A stretch of DNA of 64,000 nucleotides, counting the filler, from Dimargaris cristalligena (lineage: Eukaryota), in the NCBI GenBank assembly GCA_003614675.1. It is 11 parts of 11 records of this genome, joined end to end, with 100 filler letters (N's around TTAATTAATTAA, not from the genome) between each part and the next. Parts side by side here need not be neighbours in the genome. Positions count along the whole stretch, not along the records: positions 46,839 to 52,569 come from ML003588.1; positions 52,670 to 58,380 come from ML003589.1; positions 58,481 to 64,000 come from ML003617.1; 8 more parts are not named here. One strand, given 5' to 3'. The notes under the pieces were generated by a model, which saw nothing but the letters and a program-made list of their open reading frames with translations, was not told the DNA's origin and searched no databases. Below are positions 52,553-63,862 of this stretch, one piece after another. The first letter of the stretch is position 1, and each line of letters begins with the position of its first letter. The translations under genes were made by a program, and so were the position numbers.

Positions 52553-52669
52553 CTACATGTTTAATGGGTNNNNNNNNNNNNNNNNNNNNNNNNNNNNNNN
52601 NNNNNNNNNNNNNTTAATTAATTAANNNNNNNNNNNNNNNNNNNNNNNNNNNNNNNNNNNNNNNNNNNN

Positions 52670-52879
52670 ATGACCCGGGGCAACGTCCACCCCGACGGCA
52701 AGATCCTGTTCATCGGTGGCGGTAGAGACGGAGGACTGGACCTGGACCTGGGCCAGCTTGGTGGTAGGGGGAGCGAAATGAGAGGTCTGTTCGACCTCGG
52801 TGGATAGCGAGGGCGAGCTAAGCAGCCAGTGGGCCAGCAGGTGCTTACCATCGAATTCACGAACAGCTTTGGCAGCCAT
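52670..52879 (-). CDS. ACL: ATP-citrate lyase, N-terminal fragment (disrupted by an inversion junction near 52705-52724)
   Basis: MAAKAVREFDGKHLLAHWL matches the ACL N-terminus. The opposite strand at 52670-52724 reads MTRGNVHPDGKILFIGGG, an internal ACL motif. Confidence 0.85.
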
Positions 52880-54852
52880 GGTGTGTGTTGGGGGGATATA
52901 GTATGTGCAGAGGGGGGATGCGAAGGAAAAGAGTGGAGAGATGCAACGTTGGGTACGGATGACGGCCCGGTACAAAAGTAAAGAGAGAGGGGGAGAAGGG
53001 GGGGACGGGCGGGGGAAACAGAGACAATAGGCAGCGTAGGATCAACGGGGAGAGCGGAGAGAGAAAGACGGGTCACTAATCGGGAAGCGGGGTTGAGGAG
53101 GTAAGAAGCGGGGGGCAGTGTATGCGTCCGTGGCCAATCACAGCAGGTTTCGGTGGCCTGGCAGTGTGCGGTGGGATGAGGTGGGTAGTGTTGGAGAATA
53201 GGGGGGGATGTGGTACACAAGGTGACAATAGCGGTTCGAGGGTGGGCCGCACCGCCTAGTCTAAATACCTGCGGCCTGGCCCTGGTCCTTTTACCCCAGC
53301 CGGGTTATCATGATCAGTCGAAATCCTTCAGGGGCCGGGCCAAGAACGAACGGCTTGCAATCCCGCCACGGCAGTTATCAGGCCACACATTCCGCCCTGC
53401 TTCCAGTGCTCGGATCATAGCAACGGAGGAATGGGCCCATTCTGCCTAAAGCATTTTCCTTCGCTCTGATTGCAGTGGCGAATGTATCACCCCATTTGGG
53501 CCAGTCAGCGACCAGCTCATACTACCGGCCGGGGGTGGATTGTCGCACTGGCAGCTGGCCCGTCAGCCCATTCTCCTGAATCGCCCCATCAGAGCCCTAG
53601 CCATATGCTAATTCGCTTAATGACTCAGAGGCGGCGAGTTTCATCGCTGGCGATCGCCGGCTCACTCCACACTAGCGGTCCGTTTCCATTGACACATGTT
53701 GCGGCCACTTTTAGTCATTGTATTCATTAGTAACCAATGGCCTGTCTTGGTCTGATTATTTCTTAAAACTAGGCCCAAGCCCCAAAGCGACCTGAAGAAA
53801 ATGGAGGGGGCCATGGTCAGCCACGGTGATCAGAGAATATCGGGTATGCGTATTTTCTCCCTTAAACCAAACCACCCCTCCGAATAATAACTATCGCAAT
53901 TTGTTTATTGCCCGAGATTGGGTGGTCCGATAGCTATCGTCTGACAGTGATTGGTTATTATGGGCGTGTCTGATATTTAACTAGACTGTGTTGCCGAGAA
54001 TAATTACACTATTGCCCTTCAATTGGCCTGACAAAACCAGGGTGAGAAGGAGGGAGCGGTGGTGATTGATGAAGGTGATATTGGAATGGATCGTCTATAC
54101 CTGAGTGCGATATGCCAGCATACTTGCGCCCCTATCACTCCACTTTTCTCCCACTCTCCCCCTTATTTCCTCTCCCTTGACATTCCCCTATTCCCCACAT
54201 ACTTCTCTATAGGTTCTGGTAGGAGTTGGCCGTAAAGGCATGTGGGTCCCATTAACTGAATAAGCGATTGAGAGCCCTTTGGCAAGGCGTAGAATGGGTA
54301 AAGAAAGCTCAATACACACAAAGCACGGATTGATTATCGTTTTATTTCAGAGGGTTGGCATTAACGCCACACAAAACACCAATACATTGTGTCCATCTGG
54401 GGCTGACCATATCTAAACCAAACCAGCGGTACAATAATACCGCTTGGTAGGTGATGGAATAAGGCCCTGTGTAATAAAAGTGGTTATATGGCTAGGCTGT
54501 ACACCAGCTGTGAGGATCAATTGGACCAGCGATGAATAGCACCTACAGGCAATTTATCCTATCGCACAGCTTTACAATCCTACAAAACCATCATGGCAAA
54601 CCAAATCCAAGGATGACGAATCTAAGCACCAACCTCCTCTTATTAATCTTTACCGCCGCACTCACCATCGTCACCAAATATAGAGAGACTCCTGCAGAAT
54701 TCATCGTAACGGTTTACGGTATAATCATCACATCAAATCAAGAAAAATAACCTACATCACCCCACATTGTTTTAGGCCTGAGATAATCTGACGGGTTCAT
54801 ACGCTAGCCTCCAAAAATGGCAATACTAAAATACTCATGTCCATAGTCAGAT

Positions 54853-57800
54853 TCATAACATATCACGCACGAGGCAATGGATCGCCCCATATTTCGCTCG
54901 ATTGGGAACGGCGGGGTTCTCATCAGCAATTACAGTTTGCCGCTGGTGCTCCCGGGGGCAGAGGAATTGCCAACGACCCCTCAATTCCTCGCAATTGTAC
55001 CGTTGCAGCTGCAGTTGGTCCAAACAACAGTCAACTGTCAAGCGAAATTGGGTGGTTCGGGACTCACTCATCCAGCCAAAGTGAAGGCAGGTCTCAAACA
55101 AATCTAATACCGTGCCAATCATTTGCAGCTAAGTAGGTGGCCAACAAAGGGGGAATACAGATAGCACAGTTCAAAACAGAATGGTCCGACAATTCGGGTT
55201 AGGTGTGAGTGCACATTTTCTTTCATAGTGGACGCCCAAAGTATGGGGGGTGGGGGAGGGGGGTACATCCTTAGACCCTCGGATTGTGTGGTATGCGACC
55301 GGTTATTCCTAGTTTGCTGATTATGTCTTACCTTGGCCTCCGACTCCAATACGATGGTCTCCACGACTACATTTTCTCGGGTATCATCGAGATCACACTC
55401 TTCGAAAAAAGTCTCAATATCTGGTAAATGCCGATAACAATAAAAGAAAGCCTCCCGTAAATCACACAGCCTTTCAGCCAAAAAGTTTTCTTCATCGACA
55501 TCAGCCGAAGCCCCTTCCGTAATGTCGGGGTCCTGGGGGGTCGTCACTGTGGGGTCAACGACCGAAACGGTCTCTTCCACATCGTCGGCGGGCATAATAA
55601 GGGCACTTAACTGGTGGGCAAGAAGGGTGAAAAGGGCCGCAAGGTACCTGCCCCTGATGCTGACCCAGAATGTGCCTATGGAAAAAAACAGTGGGGGTGG
55701 GCAAGTATACATATCAGGGATGGTGAGTAATTGGAATGTAACACATAGTGCAACCATGGCCATACATAGCAAGGTTGTAAGCTCGATGGCGAAGGGGAAT
55801 GGTGATAATGAACCATTAACAATTCACCAAGCGAGGGTAGCATCTTTCATGGATGGGGGAGTCGGAGGAGAATGCGGCAGCCGACACGGCTATCCTAGCG
55901 ATTCCATCGAGATTGAACGCGTCCCAAATAAAATACAAACATGGATACTTACTAAAAAGTCGATACTCCACCTCCAGGCCGCGGCAGAGGGTCAATAGGG
56001 TTTGAATAATGCCCCCTACAACTACCACGAACAAACAGGCCAGTTTAGGCGACGTTTCACGGACCACTACTGGAACATCAAACTGGAGCGCATGCAGCAA
56101 AGGCACCAAGAAAAAGTGAATTTCTGAGGTGAATAGCTGGGCATTGTGTTCACGGTAGACCGAACTGGTCAGTTCCAGCTCCAAGCGGCTTAACAAACCG
56201 GTTAAAAAGCGCGCGTAAGTCAGGCCATTATGCAGGGTATGGGGATGGCAATCAAGTCCCAGAAAGTTGGGCAGGACCGTTTCCCGCATGACGCAGGCCC
56301 GGAACCCGGACAGATTGGCGTTCCAGCGAATGTGGGGATCATGATCCTGGGCACTATTGCGTAGGGCCCCCGTGAAAATAGCCACCTGGTCCTGGGCCAG
56401 TATATCCACCGGCCACGTCGTGGTGGAGCGATGGAAATGGTCAGCGAAAAAATGCCGAATGGCCAACCGCACGGGAGGATTGGTCAAAAAGTCCAACTTG
56501 GCTAAACCGCGCAGTTTCTGGCCCAGGTAGAGATGGGTGGGGGGAGAGGGGAGAACCCCCGAGAGAAGGAACTGTAATTCAGGAGGTCGTTCGGGCCCTC
56601 GTTCGGGTACCCAGTCATGGCAGTGGGCCACTATACCCGCCAGAATAGGGTGGAGGACTTGCATGGCGTACTTCGTTTCGACCGCCACCGGTAGTTCCCG
56701 GGCGAAACTGGCCTTCATAGTGCCTAGCAGCGTACGGACGTAGCCCGTATATTTGACCCGGAGCGCAGCGCAGCGAGCCGGATAATAGATGGCACAGGCC
56801 TTGTAGTGGTCCCCCATATTACTCAAGACCCCGTTAATCAACCCATCACGCTGGCGCCGAAACTCGTCGCGGTGGAGCTCGTAGCGTCGGCGACGGGTGT
56901 TATAAGTAACCGGTAAGTTATTGAAGAGGAACCGATCGGTGGACCGCGTGTTTAAAATAGCGGTCGTCAACACCGCCTGGAATGAGATATCCACGTCGGC
57001 CACGGTTTCAAACCACAGATCATAAAGACGATCCACAAACCGCTGGAAGAGTCCCGCGCGCCGATTACTATGTCGTAATATAGGCGCCAGGAACATAAGA
57101 ATGGCGTGTCGGCGGACGAATGGGTCAGTAATAACCGTGAAGGAATCGGAACCAAATGGGAACAGATAGTTTTCCCCNNNNNNNNNNNNNNNNNNNNNNN
57201 NNNNNNNNNNNNNNNNNNNNNNNNNNNNNNNNNNNNNNNNNNNNNNNNNNNNNNNNNNNNNNNNNNNNNNNNNNNNNNNNNNNNNNNNNNNNNNCAACCC
57301 TTACGGCGATAGTCTACCAGCAGACGGGCGCACTCGGCGAAACACCACAGGGCCTGCTGGGTCTGGGCGGTTAGACGCTGGCGAACCGCGGAGAGCACCG
57401 CCGTCGATTGGGGCGGGGGGTCGTCAGTAGTGATACATTGCTCTATAGCCCATTTCCGCAGAGTCGCCGCGCCGAACTTATCCAGTGCATCGAGTATGGG
57501 CGTAAATTCCGACGGTGGCTGGGTATGACTCATGGGCGGGATGATGATTGCATTGCCGGTGGCTGCAGGGGGCGGGACAATTAGGTTGGATACGATGTTG
57601 GAGGGTGGTACACTCTGCTGGTTCTCCAGGGCAATTAATTGTGCTAAGTCATCTGGATCTAACTCATCGTCCCAGTCCCAATCATTTTCGGTGACCGTAG
57701 GCCCGATAATAGTCGTGGAAGCGGCTGTCGACGTAGCGGCCGCATTATGGATTATTGGAATGGCAACCACACTAGCGTGTAGGGTATTGGCTGGTTCATC

Positions 57801-58380
57801 CACCGGGGCTGGCTGACAGGCCCGAACGGTTCGGGAAATTCGGCGGATTAAGCCCTGTAGGAGGTTTAGGACATCCGTGAGGAGAAGTCCCCGCAGGCGC
57901 GTATTGCGGTCGAGCACCTTGGGCCAGGCTAAAAACGACGAGGTATCGGTAATCGCACAAATCAGTCGTTAATGTTAGTAAAATTAGCGATGTTCACCAT
58001 TGGTTGTTTACAGACTGTTGAAATGAGTTAGGCCCATCAAATATGGGTTGGTTTTGCAGTAAACGTGCAAATAATCGGCTGGCATATACTTACGAGGGTC
58101 ACGAATGAGTTGGTACAGTACTGTCAAATTGTAATTCACTTTCAAGGGATTCTTAGAGAGTGATTCATGAATACGCTTAATGTAATATAGTCCACTTTGT
58201 AGCGTAGTTAGGCGTTCACGCTGGTACTGGCGTAACCGATTCCGGTCGGTCGTGGTTAAAAAATTGGCCTGATCCGCCGCCCGATTACCCCCAACGTCCG
58301 AGGGAGCCCCTAGTGGGTTAACCAATGATTCGTCAGGACCGTCCGCCCGGAAAAAGGGAACGAACAGTGGGGCCAGGGTG
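54853..58380 (-). CDS. Mms22/Mus7-like DNA repair protein, multi-exon, 5' truncated, with an internal assembly gap
   Basis: LWFETVADVDISFQAVLTTAILN...LFNNLP...EFRRQRDGLINGVLSNM...YV..LL..MK resembles the fungal Mus7/Mms22 C-terminal region (recognised from memory, not searched). Clear intron at 58011-57929 (GTAAAC...TACTAAC...TTTAG). Further probable exons lie at ~55676-55332 and ~55128-54853. Confidence 0.55.
57178..57294. other. Within-scaffold gap (117 N, no stop linker)
   Basis: A run of N lacking the TTAATTAATTAA core, flanked on both sides by same-strand coding sequence. Confidence 0.95.
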
Positions 58381-58481
58381 NNNNNNNNNNNNNNNNNNNN
58401 NNNNNNNNNNNNNNNNNNNNNNNNTTAATTAATTAANNNNNNNNNNNNNNNNNNNNNNNNNNNNNNNNNNNNNNNNNNNNA

Positions 58482-61400
58482 GAGTTTTATGGAATGGTTC
58501 AACGGTCGGCGCAGAATGTTGGCCAGATCAATAGCTATATAAGCAACCATGGGGTTACCCTCTCGTCTCTTCTTCGAGTAGCGATGGCGGTGGTACTTCA
58601 CCGACACACAGGGTCAACTGACCCAATCTTTGGCGTGGTCGTCTCAGGGCGGAATATTCTCTTGCCTGGCGTAGAAAACATTGTCGGAGCATGTATCAAT
58701 ACCATTCCCTGCCGAGTGGCACTGGGTAGCAACCCGTCGGTCCGGGATACTCTACAAGCGGTGTACTCGACAAGCACCCGGGCCCATGGCTTCGAACACT
58801 GTCGACTTACGGACATCCATCGCTGGAGTGGTCTCAGTCATGAACGCCTATTATTCAACACGCTCCTGGTACTGGAAAACTACCCCGAAAATTCTGAAAA
58901 TCCGGACCTTCCATTCCAGTTGGAGCCTGACAGCTTCTGGGATCCTACGGACTTCCCTCTCGCGGTTATTGCCCATACCCAAGGGGATAAGCTTCAATTC
59001 CGAGTGGCCTACCGCTCCCTCGATTTTACCTCTGAGTTCGTTAACTCCTTTGCTGACCATTTCGTGGCCGCCTTGTCGACATTACTGACAGTTGATGCTG
59101 GTAACCCAATTACCGACACCCAAATTCTCCCTACATCTGAACGGGCGCAACTGCTCGAAAATTGGGCTACAAACCCACGTCATACCCCCCGAGCCTTGGC
59201 CCACGACCTATTTGAACAACAATGCGAACGTACACCTCACCTCACGGCCCTTATTCATAACGGCCAACAATATACCTACGCCCAGCTGGACATGACTGCC
59301 AATCGGCTAGCCCACTCATTGGCCCTGAAGGCACCCTGTGGTTCTGACCGGATAGTGGCCCTAATCGCTGACAACTGCCCAGAACTTATAATAGGACAAC
59401 TGGCTATTTGGAAGACCGGCTGTGCGTTTGTGATTCTGGCCCCCGACTACCCCGCTGAACGGCACCAGCTGATATTGGAAGATACGCATGCAATTGCCGT
59501 TATGGGCAAGGCCCCCAACCTTTCGACATTAAATGCACTCGGATTGGGGGTCTCTACGCTACCGTTTAACATTACTGCGCTACTTGCCGATAGCCCGACT
59601 GGCGCATACCCATCGCCAGCCATTGACCCCTCCCATTTGGCTGCAATCATTTACACGTCGGGTTCGACTGGTATCCCCAAGGGTGTAATGCACGAACACC
59701 ACGCTTTAGCCAACCACTGGCAGGGCATGGCCAGTATTACAAATATAACGCCTGGTACCATTACCCCAACCCTCGTTACCCCCACCTTTGACGTGTCTCT
59801 GTCCGAGATATGGACTACACTGTCCTTTGGCGGTACCCTTCTGGTAACCCAAGGCGAGTACGAAGGTGCCCTTGCCCAGGCCACACGGGCCTGCTGCACC
59901 CCCTCTCTGTTATCTGGTTTTGACCCCATCAATTTCCCCAACCTGCGTCAGGTCATTATCACGGGTGAGCCAGCCAACCAAGGAATAGTGAATAAATGGG
60001 CCGACTCGGTTGACCTCATCAACTGGTACGGTCCTACCGAAGTGGCGTGTGGATCCCACTGGACGCGGCTCTATTCCACTGACTCGGTAATCCCCATTGG
60101 CACTCCACTACCTAACGCTACCGGCATTATTCTCGACACCCATATGAACCTAGTCCCTGTGGGTGCCATAGGCCAGCTCTACTTGGGCGGTCGTGGCCTG
60201 GCCCGTGGCTATCTCAATCGCCCTGAACTTACGCAGGATAAATTTATTCATAATCCGTCCACGGATGAGCGCATCTATCAGTCGGGTGACCTGGCCCGCT
60301 GGCTACCTAATGGCCAGATTGAATGCCTCGGCCGGATCGATAATCAGGTGAAGTTACGGGGATTCCGCATTGAACTAGGGGAGATTGAAAGTGCCCTGGA
60401 GCGTCACCCCACTGTGAATCAGGCTTGTGTTGTGATCCAGGACGAGAACCACTTAATCGGCTACGTTGTTCCCCCTTCTAGCCAGATGGCCGCTATCATG
60501 GACTCTCTGCGGACTCAGCTTCCTTACTACATGGTACCCTCCGTTCTGGTGGAACTTGTCGAATTGCCACTGACCCGGGTGGGTAAAGTGGACCGCAAGG
60601 CCCTGCCCAGACATATTTTTACGGCCAGTAGTAACAACCACGAGGCCGTACAAGTCAGCCCGGCCGAAGCCCGGCTTATTGGTTTAGTTGCCGAAACTCT
60701 CCGGATCGATCCGAGCGGTATTCCACCAGCGGCCACTTTTTTCCAGGTCGGCGGTAATTCCCTTTCGGCCATTCAATTGGTATCCCGCTGCCGTCGCCAA
60801 AACCTCCACCTGGCCCTGGTGGATATTAGCCGGTCCAACACGATTGCCTATCTTGCGGAACTTATTTCAACCCTACCCGATTCCATTGAAGTGTTGTTAG
60901 GAAATGACCTTGGTACGGCTGATTCGGGAACAGGGGTTGTTCGACTTACCCCGCCTCAGTTGGAGCTTTTTGCCCTCCAACTGGCTGACCCCCACTACTT
61001 CCCGTTACCCACCGTGTTTGAGTCCCGCACACGATTTACTGCTCAACAGTGGCAGGCCGCCTGGGCCAAGGTGGTGCGGCGCCACGATATGCTCCGGGCC
61101 TGCTTCCAGTCCCTCAATGGGGGAACAGCGGTCAAGATTACCGATTTGGCTGACCCTTCACCCACCTGCTTCCAATACCACCAATTGAACAATATTTATG
61201 ATGCCCTGGCCCAACTCAATGAAGTTAATCACCAGATTAATTTCGAAACTGGGCCGATTTCTCAGGTTCGGGTGTTTGACATCAACGATGTTCAATACGT
61301 CTACATTGCCGTTCATCACCTGGTCTTTGATTATCTGTCCGTCCAAATTGTTCGGGAAGACCTTTCGGCCTTCCTATCCGACCAGACTCTTGAGCCCACA

Positions 61401-62216
61401 ACCCTGTCGTACAAGGCGTGGGCTGACCATCTCTGGTCTTTGGCCCAGACCACTGACCCAAGCAACATTGCTTTACCCACATCAGCCGCTCCATTACCTT
61501 TAGAGCTTCCTGTGGATGACATGAGAATTACCAACGAAACCCGGGAGCGTGCGGTAGGACTAGTTGACCAGAGTGTTACACGTCAGCTTATTAACACTGT
61601 TGCCAAACAGCTTGGGGCCACACCAGTTGAGCTGATCTTGACGGCCCTAGTATGCGCCTACAACCGCCATTTCGGGTTTTCCCAGATGGATATGGCATAT
61701 TTAAGTCACGGGCGCAAGGATCCCCGTGGCCAATGCGACGTCTCTCGAACAGTAGGATTCTTCGCCTGTCAGTTCCCCCTGGTTTTCCAATGCGCTTCGA
61801 ATGGCGACCTAGTGGACACCTTACGTGCCGTCCAAGCTACGTTAAGCACGGGCGTAGACAACGGTTTCCTATATACCGTAGTCAAGAATCTACATTCCTT
61901 CTCCAATGACCAAATCGAACTCAAGCAGCAGTTTGATGCACAGCCCCAGTTCGGTTTCACGTATTTGGACGACATGGCCGTCCGAACTTCTTCCGACTTG
62001 TATACTCTTCTGGTTGAACGGCCTGCGATGCTCAATGACTTACACACTGCAAAGAGCCAAAACAAATACCCATTTGTACTCGACTTCGCGGCCTGGAACA
62101 CCACCGGGGGGTTGGAACTCATTACTAATTTCAACTCGAAACAGTTCCGAATGGATACCATTAGCAAATTTATTGCGCGTTGGAAAGAATGTCTACTTGA
62201 ATTATCCCGCATTTAA
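58482..62216 (+). CDS. NRPS final module: C(partial)-A-T-terminal epimerase-like domain; 5' truncated
   Basis: C: FGVVVSGR, GACINTIPCR, LFNTLLVLENY. A: YTSGSTGIPKG, TFDVS, NWYGPTE, YQSGD, QVKLRGFRIELGEIE, GKVDRK. T: FFQVGGNSL. Terminal domain: LTPPQ, HHLVFD, SHGR, SRTVGFF. Genuine TAA stop at 62214-62216. Confidence 0.96.
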   Translation, partial: EFYGMVQRSAQNVGQINSYISNHGVTLSSLLRVAMAVVLHRHTGSTDPIFGVVVSGRNILLPGVENIVGACINTIPCRVALGSNPSVRDTLQAVYSTSTRAHGFEHCRLTDIHRWSGLSHERLLFNTLLVLENYPENSENPDLPFQLEPDSFWDPTDFPLAVIAHTQGDKLQFRVAYRSLDFTSEFVNSFADHFVAALSTLLTVDAGNPITDTQILPTSERAQLLENWATNPRHTPRALAHDLFEQQCERTPHLTALIHNGQQYTYAQLDMTANRLAHSLALKAPCGSDRIVALIADNCPELIIGQLAIWKTGCAFVILAPDYPAERHQLILEDTHAIAVMGKAPNLSTLNALGLGVSTLPFNITALLADSPTGAYPSPAIDPSHLAAIIYTSGSTGIPKGVMHEHHALANHWQGMASITNITPGTITPTLVTPTFDVSLSEIWTTLSFGGTLLVTQGEYEGALAQATRACCTPSLLSGFDPINFPNLRQVIITGEPANQGIVNKWADSVDLINWYGPTEVACGSHWTRLYSTDSVIPIGTPLPNATGIILDTHMNLVPVGAIGQLYLGGRGLARGYLNRPELTQDKFIHNPSTDERIYQSGDLARWLPNGQIECLGRIDNQVKLRGFRIELGEIESALERHPTVNQACVVIQDENHLIGYVVPPSSQMAAIMDSLRTQLPYYMVPSVLVELVELPLTRVGKVDRKALPRHIFTASSNNHEAVQVSPAEARLIGLVAETLRIDPSGIPPAATFFQVGGNSLSAIQLVSRCRRQNLHLALVDISRSNTIAYLAELISTLPDSIEVLLGNDLGTADSGTGVVRLTPPQLELFALQLADPHYFPLPTVFESRTRFTAQQWQAAWAKVVRRHDMLRACFQSLNGGTAVKITDLADPSPTCFQYHQLNNIYDALAQLNEVNHQINFETGPISQVRVFDINDVQYVYIAVHHLVFDYLSVQIVREDLSAFLSDQTLEPTTLSYKAWADHLWSLAQTTDPSNIALPTSAAPLPLELPVDDMRITNETRERAVGLVDQSVTRQLINTVAKQLGATPVELILTALVCAYNRHFGFSQMDMAYLSHGRKDPRGQCDVSRTVGFFACQFPLVFQCASNGDLVDTLRAVQATLSTGVDNGFLYTVVKNLHSFSNDQIELKQQFDAQPQFGFTYLDDMAVRTSSDLYTLLVERPAMLNDLHTAKSQNKYPFVLDFAAWNTTGGLELITNFNSKQFRMDTISKFIARWKECLLELSRI

Positions 62217-62467
62217 CTATGCTATTTATCTTTTGGCAGTGTACTGTATGCCTGAATTGTAGTTTGCCAAGTAGATAATATTATCTGTGCCGATTCAGGC
62301 CACTGTTCCTATATTACACCCCAGGCTGTATTATATATTTGATTAACTAAAGGCCTCCTTTGGTGCATTAAAGCCTTTTTATTAGGACATATCCTTATAA
62401 CAGCAGACTTGCCAGTTGAAGCACCCAACTATTATACCAAGCTAGATAGCTACAATGTGATAGTCTA

Positions 62468-63048
62468 TGTTAGACTATCTAATCCTTCTTAATATGGACA
62501 CTTTAGTATCTGCCCCTATTAGGCCTTATAGTGCCATATTAACCTTCCCATGGTCACTCCTGGTACTATAGGTTCATCCTATATCATATAACCCTCCCTC
62601 TTCTGGACTCCGCCTCTTTGCACTAATCACTCAAGTGCTGATCCAAAGATTCTTCTGGTTACCATCTGAGTCTTCTAGATACTAGTAGCCACCCAGTTGG
62701 CCTATTTACCTATACCTTAGTCTTAGTAGCATTTCCCTTGGGACCTCCCTCTGGAGTTGTCTACACATATATATAACTAGGCCTCCTTGGGACCGGTTCA
62801 GCTTAGCAGCTTATTCCTATCCCCTAGTTTACTCTAATAAATACTATATATACTTACCCTCTCATACTGACCCATAAGTATGCCCACTGCACATCCCTTG
62901 TATAACTAATCACCTAAGCCTTTATTGGTAAGTACCATGCCCCATACCTGATGCTAGTAGCCCACTTGGCCAAGCCTAAGCCCTGCCTGCCATTAGAAGC
63001 CTATACTTGGGACTCTTGATGGACTAAGAGTGGTAAACCTGGGCAACA
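62468..63048 (+). mobile_element. LTR family A, full-length solo LTR (~581 bp)
   Basis: TGTTAGACTATCTAATCC ... ATATATAAC ... AATAAA ... GGTAAACCTGGGCAACA. TG...CA termini, colinear with the reverse complement of 39933-40515. Confidence 0.88.
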
Positions 63049-63862
63049 CAGCTATTTCTGGTGAGTGATGGGAAGGAAAGCATGGCCCATGGTATCAACC
63101 CTATTGAACAACATTTTCTTATATATTGCTATACGTAAGGCCAGATTACAGGATACTAATTCAAATTGTTCCAAAGTAAGAACACAATGCTTTCATCTGC
63201 ATTCTCCAACCTTATGCTGAAGGTGACAGTCTAAGTAAAAGGTTGAAACCCAATATAGAGAATGTGTCAAATTGCCCCCTCAGAATGGTTACCATTGTGT
63301 TATTATTTGGCCCTAATTTTGATGCATAAATTATATTCCTAATAGTGTAGTCTCTGGTGGTCATTGCTAAGTACTATTGTAATTGTACAATAACCCAGCA
63401 TTTTATACAGTTCCCTTCGTACCCTGTGGTGCCTATTTCAGGGACTGGTGTTTATATATGAATTGGGTGCACCATAGGGTGTCACAATCTGGGACCTATA
63501 TTGAATAGAAAGGGGCATACTTACTTAACTAGAGAAGCACATAGAGAAGGGAATAAACCAATGACACACTTTACATAAGATTGAATAGGCAGAGCTCTCT
63601 GAGGGGAAATTGAAGGGGGCCATTCACTACTCAAGTGTGGTGTCATAAATTTTGGAATGGCTGTATTATCACTGGCAAGGAAGCCACTCACTAATAGATG
63701 CCTATATGCCTGTCACAGAATCCCTGTTTCCCCGGAATATTTATACATAAGCTATCCAACAGGAAAACATTAGCTAGAGAGTCATTTTAAATCGATTCCA
63801 AAGATGAATGTTAATCAGCACAAGTCACCCCCTCCCAATCCTAATTTATGCTACCAAAGTTC

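Noticed and set aside
5794..58480. Regularly spaced TTAATTAATTAA palindromes as a biological repeat, and the window as one NRPS/ABC/kinase gene cluster
   Set aside because: They are artificial spacers embedded in N runs between size-sorted contigs. Genes on different contigs are not linked.
63050..63560. Second possible NRPS relic on the minus strand (PVP...ELY-like words)
   Set aside because: Only a few residues match, in different frames. Indistinguishable from chance by eye.
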